DNA from: Nitrososphaeraceae archaeon
GTDB taxonomy: Archaea > Thermoproteota > Nitrososphaeria > Nitrososphaerales > Nitrososphaeraceae
Reading direction: 5' to 3'
Assembly: GCA_036380415.1 (NCBI GenBank)
Contig: DASVEV010000025.1
Span: forward strand, 1 to 59,200
Length of the DNA: 59,200 bases
Part shown: positions 41,553-51,026 of the stretch, piece after piece
Layout: each line of letters begins with the position of its first letter
Position numbering within the stretch: position 1 is the first letter of the stretch
Position numbers and translations under genes: made by a program
Notes under the pieces: model-generated
The model's database searches: none
What the model saw: the letters and a program-made list of their open reading frames with translations, nothing else
Told to the model about the DNA's origin: nothing

Positions 41553-41858
41553 ATGATGAGTGATTTTAACAATAAAAATTTTATATTAAACCAAGCACTA
41601 TGGCTAGGGATATCTCTAGCTATTAGTATTGCTATCTCTCTTGTAGTACCATTCCCTTACTCATTACCAATTATAATTGGAGTTTTCCTTCTTCTGAGCT
41701 TTTATATAAGACAGAGACAGTTTAAGAAACTAGGCTTATCAAGTGCCACTATGTTTGGTAACAGTTCTGTAAATTACTATTGTATGAATTGTGGAGCTAA
41801 ACATAACCAAGTATCATGTCCTCGCTGCGGTTCAAAAATGAAAAGAGTCGGTGCCTAA
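41553..41858 (+). CDS. small membrane protein with C-terminal zinc ribbon
   Basis: Two hydrophobic helices then CMNCG...CPRCGS. Confidence 0.82.
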   Translation: MMSDFNNKNFILNQALWLGISLAISIAISLVVPFPYSLPIIIGVFLLLSFYIRQRQFKKLGLSSATMFGNSSVNYYCMNCGAKHNQVSCPRCGSKMKRVGA

Positions 41859-41906
41859 TTTTGTATACTTAAAAATTTTAATCAAAATAAAATTGTAATG
41901 TTACTA

Positions 41907-42575
41907 TTATTCAAAACCTGCACAGAGTTCTATCAATTTATCTTTCCATCCATCTGACTTTATTAATCCGCTTGCCAGAAGTATCCCTTGTGATCCAAGA
42001 TTTATTGCACTTTTAATATCGGTCTTATCTACAATTCCAGCTCCACAAATTACTTTGATATTTTCAGAATATCTGCCTGCTTCTTTAACAGATTCAGTAA
42101 TTATTGATGGATTGACTTTACTAACTGCTTTTCCAGTTCCTATTAGTTCAGGAGGTTCAATAGCAATCATGTCTGGATGTAATCTGGCAAATTTACCAAC
42201 TTCCTGGGAAGATGATGCACAAACTATTGAAGTCATATTTAATTGTCTCAATCGTTCTACAAGGTTTTGAATAACTTCATATTCAATTCTGTGTTCACTA
42301 TGATTTATCAAAGAACCAGACGCTCCATATGATTTTGCTAATTCAGGAATAATAAAGCCAGTAGTAGCTCCTATTTTTTCGTAATCTATATGTTGACAAA
42401 TGAGAGGAAGTTTAACGAATTGTGATAAGTAAAATAAAGAATTTTGCGGAGGTGCTATCATAATTTGTACATTGTTACTATTTGAAATGTCTTTTGCAAT
42501 TTCTGATAGTTGTATGATTTTCTCTCCAGCCACTTCTAAATAATTCTTACAGTTAATTATAATAAGTCCTTTCAA
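41907..42575 (-). CDS. tpiA: triosephosphate isomerase (archaeal type)
   Basis: INCKNY, GATTG, INHSEHR, AIEPPELIGTG, CGAGI, LLASG. Confidence 0.96.
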   Translation of the reverse strand: MKGLIIINCKNYLEVAGEKIIQLSEIAKDISNSNNVQIMIAPPQNSLFYLSQFVKLPLICQHIDYEKIGATTGFIIPELAKSYGASGSLINHSEHRIEYEVIQNLVERLRQLNMTSIVCASSSQEVGKFARLHPDMIAIEPPELIGTGKAVSKVNPSIITESVKEAGRYSENIKVICGAGIVDKTDIKSAINLGSQGILLASGLIKSDGWKDKLIELCAGFE

Positions 42576-42620
42576 CTTATTTTCCTTTTTGTAGAATAAT
42601 ATAATTTTTCTTATTCTCTT

Positions 42621-43736
42621 TTAAAGATTTTTCTGTTTCTTATTGCTAATGCTTGATGTAAATTTCTGATTTAGTTTATCCATTCTTGCTTCATATCCTT
42701 TATTATATTCTAGTTCATCCGGTACTAAAGTTGCTGGATGAATGAATCCTTGATTTCTCATAATCATTGCTCTTTCAGATGCCCATGTCCTTTGTAAGTC
42801 CCAATCGGCTGTTCCAAATCCATCAAGAGGACCAGTTAGTCTGCCTTCGTGCATACTAAATACTAGGCATTCTACAATCGGTATCGAATAATTTAGGCTA
42901 GCTGATGAATTCAGCTTTACTGGCATCAAAGGCAAATGATGACTTCCTCTTGTATTACCTGAGACATAATGTGGATCATTAAAAGCACTACCAACTTCTT
43001 CTGTTGCTGGAAAGTCTTTTTGTGTTCTAACTATTGCTATTGGATCATCCTTACCAACATACGTTCCAGCTATATTGTGTAATCTATCAGTTGATGCAGA
43101 AAGAATTTGATCTCCTTCTGATGAATAAACTGAATGAACCACGTATCTGCCAGGAAACATTAAAGCAGCTTCTAACTCTGGTTTATCCTCCCACATTTTT
43201 AAATCTGCAATATTGCCAGTCATGACATCCATGATCTTAAAGGTTACTCCAGCTGCCAATTTTTCATTTATTAAAAGCCCTGTATTACTTCCAGCATCTA
43301 CAAACATTCTCCAAAATGGAAAATTAAATGCGCCAGGCTCTGTCTTATCAGCAGCGAAAATACAGAATACTTCACTTTGTCTTTCTTCCATTTCTATTTC
43401 TGCAACTCCAGGACCCATACCTCTAACATTTCCGGAAAAAGAGTCTTTTAACAAATCTTGTCCCGCTCCATACAAGCCCTGATTTTTAGCTGTTTTTGTT
43501 CCTTCAGTAAAGGCATCCCATGCTAGCTTATGAATTTTTTCATTATCTACTCCGAATTTATGGGTCATGACAATGTGAATATCATCTCCGCTATATCCAA
43601 TATAATGGTCTATGATGAGTTCGTTTCCCTTTTTTTCAATAAAGTTTTTAACAACATCAAGTAATTCATCACTCGGCCTGGTATGTCCCCCAATTGCTCC
43701 AATATCTGCTTTGATTGCTGAAACTGTTATACGCAT
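42621..43736 (-). CDS. fbp: bifunctional fructose-1,6-bisphosphate aldolase/phosphatase
   Basis: IKADIG..GGH, GDDI, GLYGAGQDLL.D.FSGN, ADKTEPGAFN, YVGKDDP, RGSHH.PLMP. Confidence 0.96.
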   Translation of the reverse strand: MRITVSAIKADIGAIGGHTRPSDELLDVVKNFIEKKGNELIIDHYIGYSGDDIHIVMTHKFGVDNEKIHKLAWDAFTEGTKTAKNQGLYGAGQDLLKDSFSGNVRGMGPGVAEIEMEERQSEVFCIFAADKTEPGAFNFPFWRMFVDAGSNTGLLINEKLAAGVTFKIMDVMTGNIADLKMWEDKPELEAALMFPGRYVVHSVYSSEGDQILSASTDRLHNIAGTYVGKDDPIAIVRTQKDFPATEEVGSAFNDPHYVSGNTRGSHHLPLMPVKLNSSASLNYSIPIVECLVFSMHEGRLTGPLDGFGTADWDLQRTWASERAMIMRNQGFIHPATLVPDELEYNKGYEARMDKLNQKFTSSISNKKQKNL

Positions 43737-43877
43737 AATCTGATTGGATTAAATATTGTTTATATCTTTTCTGATATGTATTTTATTTTAATTCTCTAAA
43801 AAAATGGGATCTACCCTTATTGCATTTAAAACTATGATTTTTATTATAAAAATTAAATATAAGAAAATTAATGAAAG

Positions 43878-45980
43878 ATGTATAAATCCGTATTGAATTT
43901 GAATTCAAAAGATAAAAAATATTCTCTTGTAATTTGTGAAAAACCCAATGTTGCTAATAGAATTGCTATTGCTTTAGGAACATCCGAGATTAAAAAAACA
44001 AAAATAAAAGGTAATATGGTTTTTGATGTACTTACTAAAGATAATGTACGTTATGTAATTTTATCCTCCAAAGGACATCTTTATGGATTAAAAGATACTC
44101 ATAAGAGAGGAAAAATTTTTCCTATTTTTGATTTATATTGGTCACCGATATCTAAACCACCCAATAAAAATTCAAAAAACCTCATAGAATTAATAAGTCG
44201 ATTTGCTAAGGATACTGATAATTTTATTCATGCATGCGATTATGATCAAGAAGGCGAATTAATTGGATATAATATATTAGAATTGATATGCAAAAAAGCT
44301 TATGGTAATTCTCATAGAGCAAAATTGTCTACTTTGACTTCTGATGATATAAATAAATCTTTTATTACATTAGAAAAAACTAATAGAAATATGGCTTATG
44401 CTGGTATGTTTAGGCACTTATTAGATTATATATATGGAATAAATTTTTCTATGGCTGTATCACGTGCTATAAAAATAAAAAATAGATATTCTTATCTAAC
44501 GGTAGGAAGAGTTCAAACTCCTACTCTAAAATTTATAGTAGATAGAGATCTTCAAATAAATTACTTTATTCCAATTCCTTTTTGGAGCATAAAAGCTCAT
44601 TTTAGTAAAGATAATAGAGTTTTTGTTTTTTTCTTTGAAAAAACACGAATAGACTCAATAAAAAAAGTCAACTATATTATAGATCAATGTAGTGGTAAAA
44701 ATGGTATTGTAAATAATATAAATACCTATAAAGAGTATCTAAAACCATTACATCCCTTCAACATAGGAGATCTTCAAAAGGAATCCTTTAGATTATTTAA
44801 ATATTCTCCAAGATATACTCTTACGATTGCTGAGAATCTTTACCTAAAAGCATTGATTTCCTATCCAAGGACTAATAGTCAAATTCTTCCAGTTTCAATT
44901 AATTATAGAAAAATATTAAATGATTTGGAAAAAATTTCAGACTCATACAAAAGATATGTTACTATATTGTTAAATCAAAATAAGCTTTATCCAAACAATG
45001 GTATAAAAAACGATCCTGCTCATCCGGCTATATATCCTACTGGAATAAAACCTATAAATCTAAATTCTGCCGAATTAAAAGTTTATGATCTTATAGTAAA
45101 AAGATTTTTTACTACATTCGGCGAAACTGCAATTTTTAAAAAAAATAAAATAGATATTCTAGTTGATCATAATTTTTTATTTAATTTAGAAGGAAAAAAC
45201 ATACTTTTAAAAGGATGGATTGAATTTTATAGTTCATTTTATAATTATAGTGAAAGCTCTGTTGACTACTCTGATCTTAAAATAGGGGATACATTGACTA
45301 ATATAGATATTATTAAAGATTCAAAATTCACTGAACCTCCTATCTATTTCAATTATTCCTCTTTATTATCTAAAATGGAGCTAGAAGAGATAGGCACAAA
45401 ATCTACAAGAGGAAATATTATAGAAATATTAATACAGAGAAATTATGTGATTGTAGACAACCATAATAATATCAAATCAACTGATCTTGGAATATTTTTA
45501 ATAGATTTTATGGAAAAAAACCTTCCCAAGATAATTTCTACAGATTTGACCAGGGCGCTAGAACTTTATTTAGCTGATATTGAAAGAGGAATTACAGATA
45601 GAATATTTATACTAAATAGTATAATTACTGATCTAATTGATTCTATGTATCGGATTAAAAAAATAGATTCTATAATGCATATTGAACATCAACCAGTTAG
45701 AAGCAAGAATTACATATTGTTAGGTCAGTGTCCTGTTTGTAAAAAAGGAAAGTTTCAAATTATTAGATCTAAAAAAACCAAAAAACGATTTATTTCATGC
45801 TCAAATTATTTTTCCAGTGGTTGTACTGCTTCTGCCCCAATTCCACAACAAGGTTCGATTAAGAATACAACTAAAATCTGTAAAGAATGCAATTGGCCAA
45901 TACTAAATGTATTTTATCCAACTAAACGATACAGTAAAAACTTTTGTACAAATAGTAGTTGCCCTACAAAGTTAATTTAA
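43878..45980 (+). CDS. topA: type IA DNA topoisomerase with C-terminal zinc ribbons
   Basis: ICEKP, GHL, ACDYDQEGE (TOPRIM), GRVQTP, ISYPRT (catalytic Tyr), AHPAIYPT, IGT.STR, C4 ribbons. Confidence 0.95.
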   Translation: MYKSVLNLNSKDKKYSLVICEKPNVANRIAIALGTSEIKKTKIKGNMVFDVLTKDNVRYVILSSKGHLYGLKDTHKRGKIFPIFDLYWSPISKPPNKNSKNLIELISRFAKDTDNFIHACDYDQEGELIGYNILELICKKAYGNSHRAKLSTLTSDDINKSFITLEKTNRNMAYAGMFRHLLDYIYGINFSMAVSRAIKIKNRYSYLTVGRVQTPTLKFIVDRDLQINYFIPIPFWSIKAHFSKDNRVFVFFFEKTRIDSIKKVNYIIDQCSGKNGIVNNINTYKEYLKPLHPFNIGDLQKESFRLFKYSPRYTLTIAENLYLKALISYPRTNSQILPVSINYRKILNDLEKISDSYKRYVTILLNQNKLYPNNGIKNDPAHPAIYPTGIKPINLNSAELKVYDLIVKRFFTTFGETAIFKKNKIDILVDHNFLFNLEGKNILLKGWIEFYSSFYNYSESSVDYSDLKIGDTLTNIDIIKDSKFTEPPIYFNYSSLLSKMELEEIGTKSTRGNIIEILIQRNYVIVDNHNNIKSTDLGIFLIDFMEKNLPKIISTDLTRALELYLADIERGITDRIFILNSIITDLIDSMYRIKKIDSIMHIEHQPVRSKNYILLGQCPVCKKGKFQIIRSKKTKKRFISCSNYFSSGCTASAPIPQQGSIKNTTKICKECNWPILNVFYPTKRYSKNFCTNSSCPTKLI

Positions 45981-46805
45981 GATATTAATATTATAAATAT
46001 CGGTCCTTCGATTCTTTAATAAAGGTAGTGTCTTCCTGATTTGGTCTATTCTTTCTCTTTGAATCCCCACAATTTCTACTCCTATCTTATCGCCTAAATC
46101 AGTAAGAATAGATCCCAAAGGATCTATTATCATACTTCTTCCACAAAATATGTTTCCTACTTGATTTGGTGCTATTACATATACTCCATTTTCCATTGCC
46201 CTTGCTTTAAGCATGGTAATCCAATGTTCTTCCTTCATTATACCATTAACCCATCCTGATGGTATTACTATTATATCTGAACCATTAACAGTAAGTATTC
46301 TAGAGAGTTCTGGAAATCTTATATCATAACAAATCATTAAACCCATTTTACCTATTGGAGTTGTGATAAGTTTTGGAATTTTATCTCCTCTGCTAAACTT
46401 TAAAGATTCTTTAAAACCAAAAGCATCATAAAGATGCAATTTTCTATAAACTGAAACGATTTTTCCATTTTTATCAGTACTGAAAGCTGTATCAAAAACT
46501 CTTTTATCTGTTTTATAAGGATTTTTTTCAAAGAATGTACCTACTATTCCTATCTTATATTTTTTAGAATACTGACATAATCTCTTAATAAATTTACTAT
46601 CTGCTAATGTTTCTGCAGTATTATAAAGTTCATCAAATGTTTGAGTATTTGAGGAAAAAGCCATCTGAAATTCCGGGAAAAAAATGTAATCTGCTTGTCT
46701 ATCTGCTGCTTCTTTAATGTATTTTAATGATTCTATTAAATTATCTTGTTTGTTAATTGAAGATTTCATCTGAACAATAGCAGCCAGGAATTTTTTCATT
46801 TTCAA
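45972..46805 (-). CDS. carbon-nitrogen hydrolase (nitrilase/Nit1-Nit2 family)
   Basis: FPE, YRKLHLYD, ICYDIRFPE catalytic triad; RAMEN. Confidence 0.93.
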   Translation of the reverse strand: MKMKKFLAAIVQMKSSINKQDNLIESLKYIKEAADRQADYIFFPEFQMAFSSNTQTFDELYNTAETLADSKFIKRLCQYSKKYKIGIVGTFFEKNPYKTDKRVFDTAFSTDKNGKIVSVYRKLHLYDAFGFKESLKFSRGDKIPKLITTPIGKMGLMICYDIRFPELSRILTVNGSDIIVIPSGWVNGIMKEEHWITMLKARAMENGVYVIAPNQVGNIFCGRSMIIDPLGSILTDLGDKIGVEIVGIQRERIDQIRKTLPLLKNRRTDIYNINILN

Positions 46806-47549
46806 CTATATGTTCTTTAATAAGAAACATTAATATATTTTCCTATTGTTGAATTATAAATTAAAATTATACCTATATTAAATATTCAATATGTGGATCT
46901 AATATATTATAATAATAAAAAATACTCTTGAGTATTCTATGCCTGATTTCCTGAAAATTTTCATTTATACCATCTTTCAAAATTATTATACCCTCATTCT
47001 ACGAAAGATCTTCTTTTATTTTCATTCTATATAGGTACCTTCCGATTTTCCAGTGGATAATACAATCTTATGAGAAGGAAGGTTTATTGGAGTATAATTA
47101 TTATTGAAAACTGTGATTACCATGCACAATTTTATATGGAACATTATAGTTTTATAAATATTGATATTAATTTTTAGTAGTTAAAATATAAACCATAAAT
47201 AAGACTCTATTTAGTTGATAAAATTAATTTAAAAATATAATGATAAATAGATTTTGTAAATTTACATAATAATAAATAAATCAAATAAAAAAATTTATAC
47301 AATAATAAATACAATATTGAATAATATAATTCAGAGATATCATTAAACTTTTCTTCTTTTTGTTACCTCTAAAGTTTTTGTGCTTAAATCAGAGGTAATG
47401 TTATTGGACCAATCATCAAATCTTCTTTTTCTCAATCTGAGAGGCGTTTCATCATTTTAATAATTTAAAAAGGTCAAGATAAAAAATCATTTTTTTTATG
47501 ATACATGATACTTAATAATTCAATCTACAAGAACGATATACTAAAATCC

Positions 47550-47611
47550 CTAATAGTCAAATTCTTCCAGTTTCAATTAATTATAGAAAAATATTAAATG
47601 ATTTGGAAAAA
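47550..47611 (+). repeat. 62-bp exact direct copy of topA internal sequence 44872-44933
   Basis: CTAATAGTCAAATTCTTCCAGTTTCAATTAATTATAGAAAAATATTAAATGATTTGGAAAAA is identical at both positions. Confidence 0.92.
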
Positions 47612-47699
47612 TAATAACCAACATTTTTAACCATTATTTTTATTATGTTAAAACCTGTATTTTTTAGCTTTTTTTAGTTAACAATACTCAGATTTTTTG

Positions 47700-48240
47700 G
47701 TGGAGATGATGATATCCAGCAACAAAATGCTACACTTGCTTTAACAGATTCTAGTTTTAGAGCAAGAGGAGACTGGTACTGTAATGAGGAAACACAAAAC
47801 ACTATAAATAATATTCTTGATGCCCATCCTGAACTAATAATTACAACTGGAGATCAGGTCAAAGAATCGCCATCGGTTGAATGCTGGATGGATATGTCAA
47901 AACCTATTAAAGATAAATGAAAATTGCAATATGAAATCTTAATACTGAATTTTCAAATATATATAAACAGATTGTTGACTATCACCAACTGAAGAATCCA
48001 TATTATTCACATGACTTGAAAAATTTCACTTTATAAGTTTGTCTACTGAATATCCTTATGAGGAAGGAAGCAAACAGTATGCGTTTACTCGAACTGATTT
48101 AGGAAAACATCAAAAAATCAAGATATTAATGGGATAGTAGTTCATTAACATAAACTCTTTATTCTACAAAATAAGATAAACAAGAAGCAGAACAACTTAG
48201 AGTTGTATATGAACAACTTTTACAAGTCGGATGTTGACTT
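47700..48240 (+). pseudogene. calcineurin-like (purple acid phosphatase-type) metallophosphoesterase pseudogene
   Basis: Across frames: GDWYCNEET..TINNI....PELIITTGD, CW, KIAI*NLN (decayed GNHD), YYSHD, HFISLSTEYPYEEGSKQY, IVVH*HK; several stops and frameshifts; ends approximate. Confidence 0.8.
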
Positions 48241-48390
48241 GAAAATAGCAAACCTCATAATTTTTAACCTTCAATTCAACCTCCAATACAAAACCTCTAG
48301 AATCAATAGAAGCGAAATTTTTACTTGCATATCATAAATCTTAATGTCTTTCATTTACATCTTTTGCTTAATCTAAAATAATTAATTAAT

Positions 48391-48422
48391 GCTGCAGCTT
48401 CTGCTGCAGCCGGAGCTGCAGC
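48391..48422. repeat. three copies of palindromic GCTGCAGC at a 12-bp period
   Basis: Copies at 48391, 48403 and 48415; GC-rich patch in AT-rich DNA, about 50 bp upstream of the zinc-finger ATG. Confidence 0.8.
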
Positions 48423-48471
48423 ACTTTTCATTGAATTTTTTTTATATTTTCTAACAGCACTAAAATTAACA

Positions 48472-48627
48472 ATGAGTAAAAAATTAAACTCCTCTAATAA
48501 AAAATTCAAATGCTCTTATTGTGAACAGACATCTAATAAAAAATCAAACATCAAAATACATGTTCAAAGGAAACACAAAAAGCGAATGGCGTACACTAGA
48601 TGCGACTCACACTGTTATCAAAAATAA
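48472..48627 (+). CDS. C2H2 zinc-finger ORF (51 aa), probably the frameshifted 5' part of the downstream gene
   Basis: MSKKLNSSNKKFKCSYCEQTSNKKSNIKIHVQRKH... matches F-x-C-x2-C-x12-H-x4-H; absent from the ORF track. Confidence 0.75.
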   Translation: MSKKLNSSNKKFKCSYCEQTSNKKSNIKIHVQRKHKKRMAYTRCDSHCYQK

Positions 48628-49507
48628 CAACATAAGGCAAAATACTGAAACTATGTCAATTGATGTAAAAAATTCTTTTCAACAGCCATTGCCTCTATTT
48701 CATTACGATCGATATTATTTTAATAAAGAAGAGGAAGAGGATGAAGAAAGAAAAAGAAAAAATGAAAGAAGATTCCGAAGAATGCTTTATAGTAACTTTT
48801 ATGCAATGCATTATATTATAAACAATAGTAATTACAATAATCAACTAAGATCTTTTCCATTATATATAACAAACAACCGTAGCCAACTAACAAATCAATA
48901 TTTCACTATTGATACAAATCCTCAGATGTCAAAACCAGATAGGAAGATACCTTACGCAATTAAATTTTATAAATGTAAAGAATGTTTAAATGAAATGCTT
49001 TTCCCTATATATAATTTTAAACAAATAGCCTCAATAAAAGAAATGAATTACGAGAGTATTTGCCAAATATTCCATAAAAAATATCTTTTGGCTAAATTAG
49101 GAAAATTACTTAAAGATTGTTTATTTTATAAAATTAATACAGACCCAAGTCACGAAAAGACAAGTCTAAAAACAATTACCATCCCTAATTTGTGTATTGA
49201 AACACCTATTCCATTAATTATTAAAGAAACACTTTCTATGATATACAATTTTGATGATCCCGCTCGTTGGCTTTTCGAATTATTAACTGTTGAAGAGTTC
49301 ATCGATATAGGAGAGATAGATTCTGATCATTGGATAATGCGAGCGTATAATTCAAAGCAAGGAAATATTATAGCATTAGATAAAAATGAACTAAAGGAAT
49401 TTTTTACTATAACTAATGCATCTTTTGGATTAATTAAATTTAAAAGAGATCAAATTTTGAGATACATGTTTAGTTGGATTCCGTTTTCTAATAATCCTAA
49501 GATATAA
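48521..49507 (+). CDS. hypothetical protein, probable 3' part of a frameshifted C2H2 zinc-finger gene
   Basis: 328-codon open frame, +1 relative to the zinc-finger ORF; contains CKECL; the listed GTG start falls inside the finger coding sequence. Confidence 0.6.
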   Translation: MNRHLIKNQTSKYMFKGNTKSEWRTLDATHTVIKNNNIRQNTETMSIDVKNSFQQPLPLFHYDRYYFNKEEEEDEERKRKNERRFRRMLYSNFYAMHYIINNSNYNNQLRSFPLYITNNRSQLTNQYFTIDTNPQMSKPDRKIPYAIKFYKCKECLNEMLFPIYNFKQIASIKEMNYESICQIFHKKYLLAKLGKLLKDCLFYKINTDPSHEKTSLKTITIPNLCIETPIPLIIKETLSMIYNFDDPARWLFELLTVEEFIDIGEIDSDHWIMRAYNSKQGNIIALDKNELKEFFTITNASFGLIKFKRDQILRYMFSWIPFSNNPKI

Positions 49508-51006
49508 CTTGGAATATAATGATAGGAGCATTGGAGTTAGAACAATCAGGTTTTTTGAATAAACTCAATTCTTTTAATTTTAAGATTCAGGTATAAAGTA
49601 TTAGTTCCTGTTAACTTAACAATAGTATTAGCTGTGAATGTTCAATTCTAATAAATGTTTACATTCTCATTTAGATAAATATTTGATAAAGAGAAACTGA
49701 TGTAGTATTTCAAGGTTAGAACAAAATGCTTGATGATTACTATCCCTGTACTAAAAATTAATTGTGATCGTTAATATATATATAATTGGTTAAAATTATT
49801 TGTATATTTTTATAATTCAGAAATCAGAAATAAAATTCTATCTATCAAAGATGTAGGCGAAATAACTTGAGTTAACAACATCTTTAGTAATAACCACATA
49901 ACGATATCATATTTTTCTAGAATTCCCGATTACAAGGAACAGCATAGGTTAAATTAATCTTTAAACCATTAGGATCTTAAAATAATTATTGTTTTTATCA
50001 TCAAAAAGACGAATTGTATAGGTATTGGTAAAAAACCATCTCTTATAGGGTATTATTAAACACTCCTGTAGCATTATTATCAAAGTATCCATAACAATTC
50101 ATAATAATTCCTAATACCATTAGAATTAATGAATTCCAGATATACATTACCATTCTTATTAAAGCGATTAACAGTCATAATAATTCTATAGTATTTAATA
50201 GTCCACAATTGGGTTTTGTATCTATTACTTGGTTGAATAAATAGAGTGAAATGTAGAAGATATACAAATATTAAAAAAATTATTAGAAAGGACGAAAAAA
50301 GTTATTCATATTCTTTCACTATATTGTAACATAAAATATTATTATAGGGCTTTTTTATAATAATTATAACACAATCAGCTTTAGTACTTCATAAGTTTCA
50401 CTTTTGGACGAGAATGAGATGGTAGGATAATAGAAATAATATAAATTAATATTCTAACAATTGCTATCTGATAAGAATTAATAATAGTTTATAAATATAT
50501 TCTTATATTATATATTCACGACTCTATCAAGTGAATATTATCCAAATATAAATTTTTAATATTAATAATCTTGTAGATAAGAATAACAATATAAACAATA
50601 ATGAGAATAATTTAACTAATCCATAACTAATATCAACGACTGGTAAAGCTGGTAAAGAATTTGAGATTTAAAATGAATAGATTGTTGAAGACTCATCAGG
50701 TCTAGGAGTAACTATCTGGGTTCAAATAACAATCTGAAAAATTGATTCTAATTTAGAAATTAAGCAGTCATCAAAATAAATATCACTATAAACAGAATAG
50801 ATAAATAATAAAGAATAAATTGGTAACAAATAAAAATGTAAAATCATCTATTACAACAGAAATTACAATATCCGGTGAAGGGTAATATCGAAGCAGAACC
50901 AGGAAAAAATATTCGTACCATACTCATTGAATGATAATTGTTAGATTATTATTAAAATTATTCTATTATTTAAAAATAGTCTATATATTTAAATATAGCT
51001 AAATAG

Positions 51007-51020
51007 TTAGGAGAACCTAA
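51007..51020. promoter_or_regulatory. putative DtxR/IdeR/MntR-type operator upstream of FTR1
   Basis: Palindrome TTAGG-AGAA-CCTAA just downstream of TATA-like TTTAAATA (50988-50995). Confidence 0.65.
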
Positions 51021-51026
51021 TACATA

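Noticed and set aside
44872-47611. Integrated element or provirus bounded by the 62-bp repeats
   Set aside because: The enclosed DNA is the topA 3' half and a nitrilase gene, with no integrase or viral genes; kept only as an unexplained duplication
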